From IMG/VR virus record IMGVR_UViG_3300045988_079011: DNA of 52,660 bases; one strand, written 5' to 3'. Source of the DNA: a virus. The stretch's first letter is position 1. Each line of letters begins with the position of its first letter. Both the position numbers and the translations under genes were made by a program. Positions 42,543 through 52,587 of the stretch are shown in pieces. Under the pieces are notes generated by a model. That model saw nothing but the letters and a program-made list of their open reading frames with translations, did no database searches and was not told where the DNA came from.

Positions 42543-43378
42543 GAAAGATGTATCTGTCAGCCCCTCTCCCATTTGTCGGGCAAAAGCGTATGTTAGCCAA
42601 GGAATTCATGAAAGTGCTGGAGCAATATCCGGATGGAACATTGTTTGTTGACCTGTTCGGTGGCTCCGGATTGTTGTCTCACATTACCAAATCCCTCAAG
42701 CCCCACTCTACTGTTATCTATAATGACTTTGATAACTACCGCTTCCGCATGAAGCACATTCCGCAAACGAATCAGCTGCTTGCTGACATTCGCGAAATGG
42801 TAGGGAATTCCGTACCACGTCATAAAATCATTAAAGGAGAACTGCGTGAACGAATATTCAGCCGCATCGAGCAGGAAGAGAATAGCACCGGATATGTGGA
42901 TTTCATTACCCTCTCCTCCTCTATCTTGTTTTCCATGAAATACAAACTGTCTGTTCAGGATATGCGGAAGGAAGCTTTATACAACAATATACGCAAGACC
43001 GGCTACCCGGAATGTACGGACTATCTCGAAGGGCTGGAAATCGTATCTTGCGATTACAAGGAAGTATTCAACCGGTATAAAGATATTCCTGGAGTAGTAT
43101 TTCTTGTTGATCCGCCCTATCTGTCCACTGACGTAGGGACCTATAACATGTACTGGAATATGGCAGACTATCTGGATGTGCTGAATGTACTGAAGGGGCA
43201 TTCATACGTATATTTCACATCCAACAAATCTTCAATTCTGGAGCTGTGCGAATGGATAGGTAAAAATAGGGATTTAGGTAATCCTTTTGAAAACTGCACA
43301 AAGGTGGAATTCAATGCTCACATGAATTACAACTCTTCTTACACAGATATGATGCTTTACAAGAAAGAGGCTGCCTGA
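42539..43378 (+). CDS. N6-adenine DNA methyltransferase (arm copy)
   Basis: Exact copy of 9283-10122. Confidence 0.85.
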   Translation: MRKMYLSAPLPFVGQKRMLAKEFMKVLEQYPDGTLFVDLFGGSGLLSHITKSLKPHSTVIYNDFDNYRFRMKHIPQTNQLLADIREMVGNSVPRHKIIKGELRERIFSRIEQEENSTGYVDFITLSSSILFSMKYKLSVQDMRKEALYNNIRKTGYPECTDYLEGLEIVSCDYKEVFNRYKDIPGVVFLVDPPYLSTDVGTYNMYWNMADYLDVLNVLKGHSYVYFTSNKSSILELCEWIGKNRDLGNPFENCTKVEFNAHMNYNSSYTDMMLYKKEAA

Positions 43379-43404
43379 TTGCGTTTACTTTGCCTGTATT
43401 GAAC

Positions 43405-43446
43405 AAAAAAGCCGCAGACGGTAATTTGTACGTCCGCGGCTTTTTC
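43405..43446. terminator. Bidirectional terminator (arm copy)
   Basis: Exact copy of 9215-9256. Confidence 0.7.
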
Positions 43447-43462
43447 TGTCTAATAAAGACGG

Positions 43463-43897
43463 CTATTGCAGCCGCTTGATGGCCACACACTGATATACCT
43501 CGATACTTTCCACAATATCCTCATGGTTGTGATTGGTATCACTCTCCACCAGATCCAGCTCCAAAAAGGTCTCCCCGCTCAATCCGGCAAGCTGTGCATG
43601 AAGCAGTCCGGACAGGTCAAACACCTTCAGCGCATCCTCCTGCAGCTCGCTGCCCTCAGCACTCGAACCTTCCCAGTCCGTCACGATGTGCAGTTTAATC
43701 AAAGGTTCTGCCCGGTATTCCACACCGGGAACAATCGCATTCCACTGTATAGGGCAGAATTCCACAAAGACAGCCGGACGCTCCCAGTTTTCTTCCTGTT
43801 CGATGAATTCCACATTATGGTTCCACAAGTCTATGTGCTTGATAAGGTCAATGGCCTTCAGCTCCCGGCAAAGCATCCGGTAAAGTTCTTTTCTCAT
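43463..43897 (-). CDS. Hypothetical structural/connector protein (arm copy)
   Basis: Exact copy of 8764-9198. Confidence 0.5.
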   Translation of the reverse strand: MRKELYRMLCRELKAIDLIKHIDLWNHNVEFIEQEENWERPAVFVEFCPIQWNAIVPGVEYRAEPLIKLHIVTDWEGSSAEGSELQEDALKVFDLSGLLHAQLAGLSGETFLELDLVESDTNHNHEDIVESIEVYQCVAIKRLQ

Positions 43898-44454
43898 TTT
43901 CTTATGATATTATATTCAATGGTAAAATACTCTGTTAGGTTCTCTTCTACAATCTCACGGACGGCTTTTTCCACTTCAGGCGATGTGCCGAGGAAACGGC
44001 GTCGGGGAATCCTGATGGTGCTTCCTGCTTTCTTTAAAGCCATGAACATCCAAAAATCGGCTTCTGTATCAAGCCGGACATTTCGTTTGTCTTTTCGAAG
44101 TTTGCCGTCTTTTCTTCTACCGAACGCTCCGGTTGCCTCATAATACTTATGCCAGAAGAAACGCTTCATCCGCTTGGTCACCACTATTTCACCGCCATCA
44201 TTATGAATGGCCGCATAGGGCAGAGAGGTAAAGAAGGTAATGCTGTTTTCCGTTGTCCGACTTCCGATACTTTTCCGAAGCGCCCCGGTATCTGTTAGTA
44301 TGGCTCTACCTTCATTCCGGATGGGGCTTTTCCGTCGCTGCCATTTCTCACTGAAAAAAGCCTGCCGTTCAAAGTTCTTGTCAAACTCATCACTCATTTC
44401 CACCTGAATGTCTTTCAGTATCCGGGCCACTACTTTTTTTACGTTTTCATTCAT
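43894..44454 (-). CDS. Mu G / HK97 gp10-like morphogenesis protein (arm copy)
   Basis: Exact copy of 8207-8767. Confidence 0.6.
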   Translation of the reverse strand: MNENVKKVVARILKDIQVEMSDEFDKNFERQAFFSEKWQRRKSPIRNEGRAILTDTGALRKSIGSRTTENSITFFTSLPYAAIHNDGGEIVVTKRMKRFFWHKYYEATGAFGRRKDGKLRKDKRNVRLDTEADFWMFMALKKAGSTIRIPRRRFLGTSPEVEKAVREIVEENLTEYFTIEYNIIRK

Positions 44455-44684
44455 TCCCAGTCAAAGTTAAATTTCAATTGTACCGTATCGTCCGGCAAAT
44501 CATTTTTAGGGTCTGCGGACGCTTTAAGCATATTGTAGAATGTACGCTCACTAATAGCATACACAGGATATATGTACCGCCGCCATATTTCACGGTTCGG
44601 TACACCGTGACTGGCATAATGGTCATATATCCTGTTTACTTCTACTACACGCTTCTGATAACTGACTCCGTGCCGCTTTCCCAT
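44451..44684 (-). CDS. Small putative DNA-binding protein (arm copy)
   Basis: Exact copy of 7977-8210. Confidence 0.4.
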   Translation of the reverse strand: MGKRHGVSYQKRVVEVNRIYDHYASHGVPNREIWRRYIYPVYAISERTFYNMLKASADPKNDLPDDTVQLKFNFDWE

Positions 44685-44690
44685 ATAGGT

Positions 44691-44927
44691 TTAATCGTTC
44701 ATAGACGGTTCTACTTTAGGTTTATAGGGACGGATGTCAAGCGTCATTTTTGCGCTTACCGTTACCCGGCCACTTCCTTCACACTGTCTGCAGACTTCCT
44801 CAACGGTTTCGCTTCGCTTCTTTCCAAAGATCCGAGAGGGATATTCTACAACTTTCTTTACTTTACCTGTACCGTAGCAAGCACGGCACAGGGCTACTTT
44901 CGGAGATTTCTCCACTTCTTGTATCAT
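44691..44927 (-). CDS. CxxCxGxG zinc-finger protein (arm copy)
   Basis: Exact copy of 7734-7970. Confidence 0.55.
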   Translation of the reverse strand: MIQEVEKSPKVALCRACYGTGKVKKVVEYPSRIFGKKRSETVEEVCRQCEGSGRVTVSAKMTLDIRPYKPKVEPSMND

Positions 44928-44938
44928 AGTTCTATTAT

Positions 44939-45607
44939 TTATGATTCTGTCATTCCCAGAGGGATAGGTTTCCACATTCCGTTTTCGTTTTTGATTTCAG
45001 CACGGATAAACTGTTTGCTCACTTCCGGCTGGTAGGCTTCCTCAATGATACGCACACCTTCAATGAAACGGTCATCTCCGGTTTCCATGGCCACTTTGCG
45101 AAGCTGCACGATGCGTGAAGCCTTCAGCGTTCCCTTGGCATCACGGGCCAACAGACGAAGCACCATGCTCACCAGTGCCTTGGTCTTTTCATCTTTGGCC
45201 AGACCTTCGATGTATTCCTTCACAATGGCTATACCGTCTTCCACCGTGTCACGGTAACCGTCGGTCACATACACACCCAGCGTGATTCGTTTGTCGCCTT
45301 CACTGTTAGTAAAGGTATGGCTGCGCTGGTCATCCTTCACCTTGGTCTTGAAAAGGTCTGCCTTCATTTCCAGAATGGTTTTGAAGTTGTCCATCACAGT
45401 CTGCTTGCTTGCCTTGATCTGCTCACTGATGCCCAGCAGTACCGGAATGGAGTTTGCTATCTCCTCATCCACCATCTGTTTGTACATTTCGCGGTCATTC
45501 TTGGCTTTTTCCTCTGCCGCTTTCTTTGCTTTTTCTCTCTGGAAGGCTTCAAATTCCGCCTTTTCCTCTGCCGTCATTACCACGGTCGTTTGTTTCATTT
45601 CTTCCAT
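44939..45607 (-). CDS. DUF3164-like protein (arm copy)
   Basis: Exact copy of 7054-7722. Confidence 0.5.
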   Translation of the reverse strand: MEEMKQTTVVMTAEEKAEFEAFQREKAKKAAEEKAKNDREMYKQMVDEEIANSIPVLLGISEQIKASKQTVMDNFKTILEMKADLFKTKVKDDQRSHTFTNSEGDKRITLGVYVTDGYRDTVEDGIAIVKEYIEGLAKDEKTKALVSMVLRLLARDAKGTLKASRIVQLRKVAMETGDDRFIEGVRIIEEAYQPEVSKQFIRAEIKNENGMWKPIPLGMTES

Positions 45608-45625
45608 GATTCTTGTTTTTTGGGG

Positions 45626-45808
45626 TTATTGGTTTTCATAATCCTGCATTTCAGGTTCGTCTTCCATCAGCATAGCCTCTCCGTTGGCGTATGCCCAGTC
45701 AGCCAATTCACTATAAAACTCGGCTGCATCTTGCTTCTCCATATCAGAGGCAAGCAGGTTGATTTCCTTTTTCAGATTCTCTAAAATCTTTGTGTTTCTA
45801 TTTTCCAT
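45626..45808 (-). CDS. Small acidic protein (arm copy)
   Basis: Exact copy of 6853-7035. Confidence 0.45.
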   Translation of the reverse strand: MENRNTKILENLKKEINLLASDMEKQDAAEFYSELADWAYANGEAMLMEDEPEMQDYENQ

Positions 45809-45814
45809 ATCCTA

Positions 45815-46321
45815 TCAGTTTGCCGGAGCATCAGGGTCAATCTGAATGAGTGATACCATGCTCACGGGGTTAATCGTTTGCTTTTCTTTCCTGGGCTTCA
45901 AGCCGCCTTTCCGTTGTATGGACCGAAGCTTTACCGCCAGTTCATCCAGTTCGTCCACCGTAATCTGTCTGAACGCTTTGCCGACTATTCGGGGATTACT
46001 GCAGAAGTCATTGATTCGTGCCCAGTCGGATGTATCTATGCCCAGCTTCTGCATCAGGTTCAGACAGAGACTCCGTTTCCGCCGCAGCTCCTCACGCAGC
46101 TTCTGTCGCCATTCGTCTTGTCCGCTCAGCTTCTCCAGAGCCGTACAGCAGGCTTCATACTCCTTGGCTGTCATTTCCTTCAGACTGTCCGTCCGGTTCC
46201 ACGTGTACTGCAGCACAATGCTTTTCTTGAATTCTTCCCGGTCTCCTGTACAGGGAAGCTTGTTGAACAATGTGTAGAACCGGGCGAAATTGGTTACTTC
46301 CTGTGCCATGTCATTTACCAT
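45815..46321 (-). CDS. Hypothetical early protein (arm copy)
   Basis: Exact copy of 6340-6846. Confidence 0.5.
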   Translation of the reverse strand: MVNDMAQEVTNFARFYTLFNKLPCTGDREEFKKSIVLQYTWNRTDSLKEMTAKEYEACCTALEKLSGQDEWRQKLREELRRKRSLCLNLMQKLGIDTSDWARINDFCSNPRIVGKAFRQITVDELDELAVKLRSIQRKGGLKPRKEKQTINPVSMVSLIQIDPDAPAN

Positions 46322-46583
46322 TAAGAATCATTTCACATTCCGTTGATTTGGTACTGACACGATAAATTATCTTATCCGGCTTCACTGATTTACCTTTGTA
46401 TTCAGCCTCAATTTGCTTAGCAAATATCTTTTTGAACTCATCACCCATTTTAGAAAGTATTTCTTTATTGTACTCCCCGCAAAAACCTATGCGTGAGGAT
46501 TGGATTTCACGAATTGTTCCTCTATATACCGTAGCGGTCAACTTCATCACCACAACACCGGTTTCCATTTTTATTTTTCCCAT
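46311..46583 (-). CDS. Hypothetical early protein (arm copy)
   Basis: Exact copy of 6078-6350. Confidence 0.5.
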   Translation of the reverse strand: MGKIKMETGVVVMKLTATVYRGTIREIQSSRIGFCGEYNKEILSKMGDEFKKIFAKQIEAEYKGKSVKPDKIIYRVSTKSTECEMILNGK

Positions 46584-46594
46584 ATCGACTAATT

Positions 46595-47068
46595 TTATTC
46601 AAACAACACTTTAATGCCACACGAACTGGCCACGTCAAGTTCCAGTTTGGCTCCCTTGCTCAGTTCCCAGTCCTTCAGCATATAGATATAGTCACAAGCC
46701 AGCAACAGGGCAATGTCGGCCCGCATGTGGGCTCTCCAATGAGCTTCATCCGGCAATCCGTTCCTGAAAGGGTTTACAGGGTCATAGCCTTGTGCCTTCA
46801 GTTCCTCCTCGGCACGGCTGAAGGCTTCCTTGCGCTCATCCATGTCATAATGCGCGATAGCTCCGCTGATGTACACCTTCCCGGCACCGGTCGCCTCACC
46901 GCGCTGATAAGCCTTGTGCCGTTCCCACCGTTCCGGAACGACCACACTGTAGTTGCACGATTGGCAGCAGCAGCCTTCTTCTTTCACCGGGAACGGATTG
47001 TATCCGTAGCCCTCATACTCTTTGCCGCAGATGCAGCACACTTTCTTTTCTTCTTTCTTTTCCATCAC
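46595..47068 (-). CDS. Zn-ribbon + DUF4406-like protein (arm copy)
   Basis: Exact copy of 5593-6066. Confidence 0.55.
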   Translation of the reverse strand: MMEKKEEKKVCCICGKEYEGYGYNPFPVKEEGCCCQSCNYSVVVPERWERHKAYQRGEATGAGKVYISGAIAHYDMDERKEAFSRAEEELKAQGYDPVNPFRNGLPDEAHWRAHMRADIALLLACDYIYMLKDWELSKGAKLELDVASSCGIKVLFE

Positions 47069-47069
47069 T

Positions 47070-47318
47070 TCAAATCTTTTTAATGTTTACTTTACAACTT
47101 GGATTCCATATCAGCACATTACGTGCAAACAAGACATCACCCGTTTCTATTACGACATGACCGGGCATTTTCGCTCTTCTCACTTTTAAGTCGCTTTGGA
47201 TGTTTCGCTCCAGCCAGTCATCCAATACGGACCGGCTGGAATTTCCGTCCAGCAGTATCTGGAACACTTCAGTTCCGGTGTAGCTTTCAAAAGCCTTCTC
47301 GTTATTATCCATAATCAT
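47070..47318 (-). CDS. Hypothetical early protein (arm copy)
   Basis: Exact copy of 5343-5591. Confidence 0.5.
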   Translation of the reverse strand: MIMDNNEKAFESYTGTEVFQILLDGNSSRSVLDDWLERNIQSDLKVRRAKMPGHVVIETGDVLFARNVLIWNPSCKVNIKKI

Positions 47319-47941
47319 TTTGGTAAATTATTACTTGTTTGAATGATTCCGTCTTCCCATACCACATAATAGCTTCCCGGGTCTCCAATGGCGCGTCCTT
47401 GACAATAAGCTTTATAACCGACCACCCGAATCTTCATATCACAGATATATTTCAATCTTACTGCACCGCCACCCATCGGCTGGCTTTTCTTTTCCTGGCT
47501 GATCCAGATGAAACATTTCTTCGGAAAGGTTTCCATCAGTTCCACAGCCTGCGGATAATCCCATCCGGCCACCTGAAAGGAATCGATGATGATAAACTTC
47601 GGGCTTTTCGGTTTTTTCAGTCTGGCAATCACTTCCTCCAGACTGCCTTCTGTCACCACACGAAATTTACCCTGCACCTCATTCATCTTCAGATAACCCA
47701 TACGCCGTTGGAAGCTTTGGTTGATTTTCTCTTCGTAACTCATGTACAGCACCGTCCCATAGTTGCACAGTTCCTTTCCAAGTTGCATCACAAAGCTGCT
47801 TTTCCCACTGGCACTGGCACCGCTGATGAACCACGAAGCGTTCTCTGCCGGGAACCCGAAAGGTTTGCTCCATTTCTCATCCCACGGCAGAGTAACCCAT
47901 TTCTTGGCGGCTATTTCCTTCGGACTGTACGCACGCTTCAT
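47315..47941 (-). CDS. P-loop NTPase (arm copy)
   Basis: Exact copy of 4720-5346. Confidence 0.65.
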   Translation of the reverse strand: MKRAYSPKEIAAKKWVTLPWDEKWSKPFGFPAENASWFISGASASGKSSFVMQLGKELCNYGTVLYMSYEEKINQSFQRRMGYLKMNEVQGKFRVVTEGSLEEVIARLKKPKSPKFIIIDSFQVAGWDYPQAVELMETFPKKCFIWISQEKKSQPMGGGAVRLKYICDMKIRVVGYKAYCQGRAIGDPGSYYVVWEDGIIQTSNNLPK

Positions 47942-48819
47942 TATTCCGCTGTCATTTTAAGTTTCTCAATCTCGGTATAGACTCTTCTCAAACCACCGCA
48001 TGTCTTCCGTACAATCTGGGCTATATCAGCCCCCGCAGGAGCATTTACCTTGGCTACAATACGTGCCTGGTTGTTCAAGAACTGTTCGCGCTCCTTTCCA
48101 TCATCCGGAGTCACCTTGCTGTACCGGTCACCATAACGGCTCAACATTTCGGTATAGCCCACCTTCTTACATTCTATGGACCGGTTGATTTTCTCTTTCA
48201 ATCCGTCTGCCCCCATCATATACCAGGCGCAGCAGCGCTCAGTGGCATTCCATAAGGCCTTCAGTTCCAGGAAAGCTTCATACTGCAGGTCGCCTGCTTC
48301 ATCGAGGATGATAAGCGGGGTTTCCATCGAACGGAGGTAATATACCAGGTCTTCATACACATCAGAATACTTCCCCTTGCTGTCCACACCAAACTCTGCA
48401 GCAATCTTGCGTACCAACTTCAATTTTGTCTTTACCTGCGAGCAGTCGATATAAACGGCATTCTTGTGGCTTTGCACATAATAACGTGCCGTGAAAGTCT
48501 TGCCGATATTGGGCATGTCGCACAAGATGCCCGACAGACTGGACTGCTGTGAGAACTCCAGCTGGGCAGTTATATATTCAAAGGTCGGGGTCTTGGCTGC
48601 TTTCCATTCCATTTCACCACGGAGGTTCACCCCTAATTTGCGGGCAATGCTTATCCAGTTGGCATCGCTCAGGGCTTTGTCTGTCTGTCCGTTCTTGATT
48701 GCACTGTACACAGATGTACTGATGGCTAAAGAGGCAGCATGCTTGGCATCACTGGGATAGTTCGCACGGTTGGCGGCTATCGCTGCTAAAATCTTCTGTT
48801 TTTGCGCTTCTGTAATCAT
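47941..48819 (-). CDS. MuB-like AAA+ ATPase (arm copy)
   Basis: Exact copy of 3842-4720. Confidence 0.8.
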   Translation of the reverse strand: MITEAQKQKILAAIAANRANYPSDAKHAASLAISTSVYSAIKNGQTDKALSDANWISIARKLGVNLRGEMEWKAAKTPTFEYITAQLEFSQQSSLSGILCDMPNIGKTFTARYYVQSHKNAVYIDCSQVKTKLKLVRKIAAEFGVDSKGKYSDVYEDLVYYLRSMETPLIILDEAGDLQYEAFLELKALWNATERCCAWYMMGADGLKEKINRSIECKKVGYTEMLSRYGDRYSKVTPDDGKEREQFLNNQARIVAKVNAPAGADIAQIVRKTCGGLRRVYTEIEKLKMTAE

Positions 48820-48857
48820 AATTCTAACGCTGTTTTAATGTTGTTCTAATTCTATTC

Positions 48858-50897
48858 TTACATGTCACTGATGGCCCTCATTGCCTCGCTTATTCCGGAG
48901 TGCCATTCATAATCTGATTCCGGATCTGCCGACAATTCGGCTGGCAAATCATCGGATAGTTCCACCGGGGGAAGTTCCAGTTCCTCTTCCGGGTCATCCG
49001 TTGGCTGATCCGGTGTACCGGTTCCCACCTTTCCGATGGCGTGGTCATTGAGGTATTTGCTGAAATGACTCAGAACTTTGTTTTGCTCTGTATAGGCTAC
49101 CCGGTCTTCTTCGGTCTGTTCTGCCATCACCCGGTTGTAAGTCACTACCGGACGAACCTTGTCAAGGTAGCGGTCGTTCTGGTACAGGAAGACATCCGTA
49201 GGCTTGCCCTCTTCATCCGGCAGATAGTAAGCCGTCACCTTGCGGTTGTTTGGTTCCAGCTGCTCCAGCACTTCCGGACCGCTCAGCCACCAGTCCGCAT
49301 TTGCCACACGTACTGTGGAATTTCTACGAATACTGGTATCTACCTTTTCTCCGATATATCTGCTCAAGGTCAGTTTATCAAGCGGTCGAAGGGTCGGATT
49401 GATTTTGGCTACGAGCACATCCCAACGGGTCATTCCGGGATATTTCTTTTGATTGGGGTGAAGCGTATTGTTCCATTCTTCACAATCGCGCCGGTCGTCC
49501 GCCACAAGCTCTTCAAACGTATAATACTTTCTGTCTTCCCAGGTGTGGTTGCTGCTGTCACTCACTTTCTTCTGGTCCACCCGCCGTGCACCTTTGTTAT
49601 GCCAGCGGCCAATGGCTTCATGGTTCTTATGTGCTATGGTTGTCTTGAACGCACCGTTCAGAGCTTCAGCATATTTCTCCTGTGAGTTCTGTGGGGCACA
49701 GAAATGCACAAACTTAAATACCTCACCTGCCTTCAGGAATCCTTCTTTATACTTGCTCATCAAGTGCTGCTCCACCTCAATACCGGCTGGAATACCCCAT
49801 CCGTTGCGTTCGATGAGCCGGAACATATCACGAAAACAGTCCACTACCAAGGCATCATCCTTATCCCGCCCGTAGGCCAGCCCGATACGGCACTGGCTCA
49901 CCACATCATAAGCATAATAGGCATGCACATACTCGCCGCCTTTCATCCGACGCGGCAAATCCACGTCATCCATCGTTATTTGTGACAGGGAGAACTTACC
50001 ACCATGGCGGTGCATGTGCGGCATTTGCTCATGATAGAATTCCATACGTCCACGCAAGGCTTTTTCTATCAGCAGCTGGCTTGCCGGGTTGTTCAGTATG
50101 TTCCGGATAGTGCTTTCGCTCAGTTCTTTCGGTTCCCCGTTCTTATCCGTAAAGTTTTCCGGATTGAATATCTCTCCTGTTTCCAGATCCCATACTTCCA
50201 GTTCACCGCATACAAACGACAGATACATTTCATGCACATCACTGCCGTATGGTTGGTTGGGAAGTACTTTCAAACTCATCACCAGGCGTTCGTCCATGTG
50301 AGTTACCTTCCGTTTGTTCTGGTTGCCGAATTTTCCGGTTATCAAACATTCATAACCGTATTGCTTATATTCGTTCACTTTCTTGCGGAAACGAAGGGTA
50401 CTGGCAGGAAGATCATGACCAAAGTCTTCGCGTAGGGTCTCGATGGTGGTGGCCATCATGTCCCAGTTATATTTTTCACCCATCAGTTTTCGGTAATCAT
50501 TGCTTCTGTTATAAAGCTTGATACAAGTATTCAACACGGAAGCATTCACCGCATATTTCCGGGCAAGTTCGTCTGTTGCTCTGTTGCTGGAAGAATGAGA
50601 AGCCCAATCCAAAAAATAGGCTACTGCAGCCTGATCCAGCACATAGTTTGAGAGTATCCAGTGGCGAAGTGCCTGCTCTGTTCCACCGGGGTTGTCTTCC
50701 TTCACCCGTTCCAGACACTCGGTAGGCAGGCTATTGAGGGCGACCAACGCGCAATTTCCAGCAGCACCTCCACCACGACGCACCACCTTGATACGGCCAC
50801 GGTTCACCCAGTTCCTGTAGCAGGATTCGGTGATATAGCCGCCATCTATGAGCTCACGTGCAGAAATACACTGTATGTTACCGTAATACACCAACAT
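48858..50897 (-). CDS. Mu A-like transposase (arm copy)
   Basis: Exact copy of 1764-3803. Confidence 0.65.
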   Translation of the reverse strand: MLVYYGNIQCISARELIDGGYITESCYRNWVNRGRIKVVRRGGGAAGNCALVALNSLPTECLERVKEDNPGGTEQALRHWILSNYVLDQAAVAYFLDWASHSSSNRATDELARKYAVNASVLNTCIKLYNRSNDYRKLMGEKYNWDMMATTIETLREDFGHDLPASTLRFRKKVNEYKQYGYECLITGKFGNQNKRKVTHMDERLVMSLKVLPNQPYGSDVHEMYLSFVCGELEVWDLETGEIFNPENFTDKNGEPKELSESTIRNILNNPASQLLIEKALRGRMEFYHEQMPHMHRHGGKFSLSQITMDDVDLPRRMKGGEYVHAYYAYDVVSQCRIGLAYGRDKDDALVVDCFRDMFRLIERNGWGIPAGIEVEQHLMSKYKEGFLKAGEVFKFVHFCAPQNSQEKYAEALNGAFKTTIAHKNHEAIGRWHNKGARRVDQKKVSDSSNHTWEDRKYYTFEELVADDRRDCEEWNNTLHPNQKKYPGMTRWDVLVAKINPTLRPLDKLTLSRYIGEKVDTSIRRNSTVRVANADWWLSGPEVLEQLEPNNRKVTAYYLPDEEGKPTDVFLYQNDRYLDKVRPVVTYNRVMAEQTEEDRVAYTEQNKVLSHFSKYLNDHAIGKVGTGTPDQPTDDPEEELELPPVELSDDLPAELSADPESDYEWHSGISEAMRAISDM

Positions 50898-50906
50898 AGC
50901 CGCCTC

Positions 50907-51281
50907 CTATCTCAATGCCGATGCAAACGCTTGGATTTGGTTAATATCGGCAACCATCACATGCTCGTAAGTCTTCACCGTTTCTCCCTTGAATATTACC
51001 TGACCGCTACCATCATTACGGTCAAGCTCTATCAAGGCACCGTTCGGACAGTACTGACGCATCACATTGTCATAATCATGGAAAGTTTCTATTTCCGGAA
51101 TAACAACCATCACAATACCGCCACGATCCATGGCCAACTTACGGATCTTTGCAGAAAGTTCGGAGTTGCCACGACGGTCATCAAACCGGATAGCGTTATA
51201 AACAGTCTTCTCTGTCACGTTGAGTGCCTTTGCGATAAAGTCGCGGTCGGCTTTCGTAATGTGAATGTACCTCTTGTTCAT
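50907..51281 (-). CDS. Ner-position HTH protein (arm copy)
   Basis: Exact copy of 1380-1754. Confidence 0.55.
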   Translation of the reverse strand: MNKRYIHITKADRDFIAKALNVTEKTVYNAIRFDDRRGNSELSAKIRKLAMDRGGIVMVVIPEIETFHDYDNVMRQYCPNGALIELDRNDGSGQVIFKGETVKTYEHVMVADINQIQAFASALR

Positions 51282-51307
51282 ATCTCACTTGTTTTAATGA
51301 TTAATAT

Positions 51308-51356
51308 TGGGGGGAGTCCGGGGAATCGAACCCCGGCACAAGAACCATGCACTCCC
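51308..51356 (-). ncRNA. tRNA-like minihelix (arm copy)
   Basis: Exact copy of 1305-1353. Confidence 0.3.
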
Positions 51357-51414
51357 GTGTGTCTTTCCACACCGTCACCCGTCTCTTAACGCCTTCCGGG
51401 TTGTCACGCTGGGT

Positions 51415-51831
51415 TTACTGTTGTCCCTCAACCTTTTCACCTTTTTCAATAATCCCAAGAAGTATAGTGAATTTCTCACGTATCTTCTGGTTCACTTCCA
51501 GTTCCAACGTATGCGCCAAATTTGAAGCCGCACTGGTGCTGTTCTTGCGGATGCTTCCGGTAAGAAGACTATCAGTCAGACTGTTTATCTTGCTTTCCAT
51601 GTATAACTTTACATCATCATGGCTACCGGCAGATAAAACCACCTTCAAGGCACGGTAACAGGAAAGTTCACGTTGCGTCTTGTACATATCCTCGGCATAC
51701 CAGCAGAAGAAATGTTCAAAATCCTCATTCATGTCTTTGGTGTACTTGTCAGCCTGTCTTACCAAATCATCTATATGGGTCTTTACAGAACTGAATACAA
51801 AATCCCAGCAACTCATTTTCTTGTTTTCCAT
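51415..51831 (-). CDS. Hypothetical early protein (arm copy)
   Basis: Exact copy of 830-1246. Confidence 0.55.
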   Translation of the reverse strand: MENKKMSCWDFVFSSVKTHIDDLVRQADKYTKDMNEDFEHFFCWYAEDMYKTQRELSCYRALKVVLSAGSHDDVKLYMESKINSLTDSLLTGSIRKNSTSAASNLAHTLELEVNQKIREKFTILLGIIEKGEKVEGQQ

Positions 51832-51839
51832 AATCTCAC

Positions 51840-52046
51840 TTATTTAAATTCGTTTATAATCGGTTTCAAACTCACGCCGTAACAACTCATCAGGCGGCGG
51901 ATAAGGTTCTTCACATAAAAATCAGGTGCGGAAAACACAATCCCGGTCTCTTCGGTATATCTGAAGCTGATACCGTCCATCATCAACACGTAAGCCACCT
52001 TGTGCTTCACGCTCTGTGTCTGCCATTCTTTTATTTCTTCGTTCAT
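51840..52046 (-). CDS. Hypothetical early protein (arm copy)
   Basis: Exact copy of 615-821. Confidence 0.5.
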   Translation of the reverse strand: MNEEIKEWQTQSVKHKVAYVLMMDGISFRYTEETGIVFSAPDFYVKNLIRRLMSCYGVSLKPIINEFK

Positions 52047-52101
52047 TTTCTTTAATCCTTAAAATTCGCTAATCACATGCCTTTTTCGTATATTTGGCGC
52101 G

Positions 52102-52148
52102 GTGTTCCTTTTTGAACACGCTGCAAATATATAGAATATTTTCGACAC
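52102..52148 (-). promoter_or_regulatory. Early promoter/operator (arm copy)
   Basis: Exact copy of 513-559. Confidence 0.45.
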
Positions 52149-52179
52149 TAAAAAGTTTTATGTAGATAATTTACGACTT

Positions 52180-52587
52180 ATGACGAATATTTCCGACAGG
52201 ATTGCAATCCTAATTAAAGAAAAAGGTATCAGTACAAGGGCACTTGAACAAGCTATTGGGTGCTCGAATGGAGTAATTTCAAGATGCATTAGCAAAGGAA
52301 CAGATATATCAAGTTTATGGGTGTCGAAAATTATCGAAATACATAATGATATAAACCCTACCTGGTTACTTACTGGGAAAGGTGATATTTACTATAATAC
52401 ATCATCTACAACAACACAAACAACCGAACTATCCTCTCTCCTTGCCTTAATTAGAGAAAAAGAAGAAATCATCAGGGAACAAGATAGAGAAATCGGACGC
52501 TTAGAGGAACGAATCCGGCAAATGACAATCGAAAAGGAAAAACATGTATCGGATGCGCCCATTTCCGGTACTGCAAATGTCGGGTAG
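52180..52587 (+). CDS. Repressor-like HTH protein (arm copy)
   Basis: Exact copy of 74-481. Confidence 0.7.
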   Translation: MTNISDRIAILIKEKGISTRALEQAIGCSNGVISRCISKGTDISSLWVSKIIEIHNDINPTWLLTGKGDIYYNTSSTTTQTTELSSLLALIREKEEIIREQDREIGRLEERIRQMTIEKEKHVSDAPISGTANVG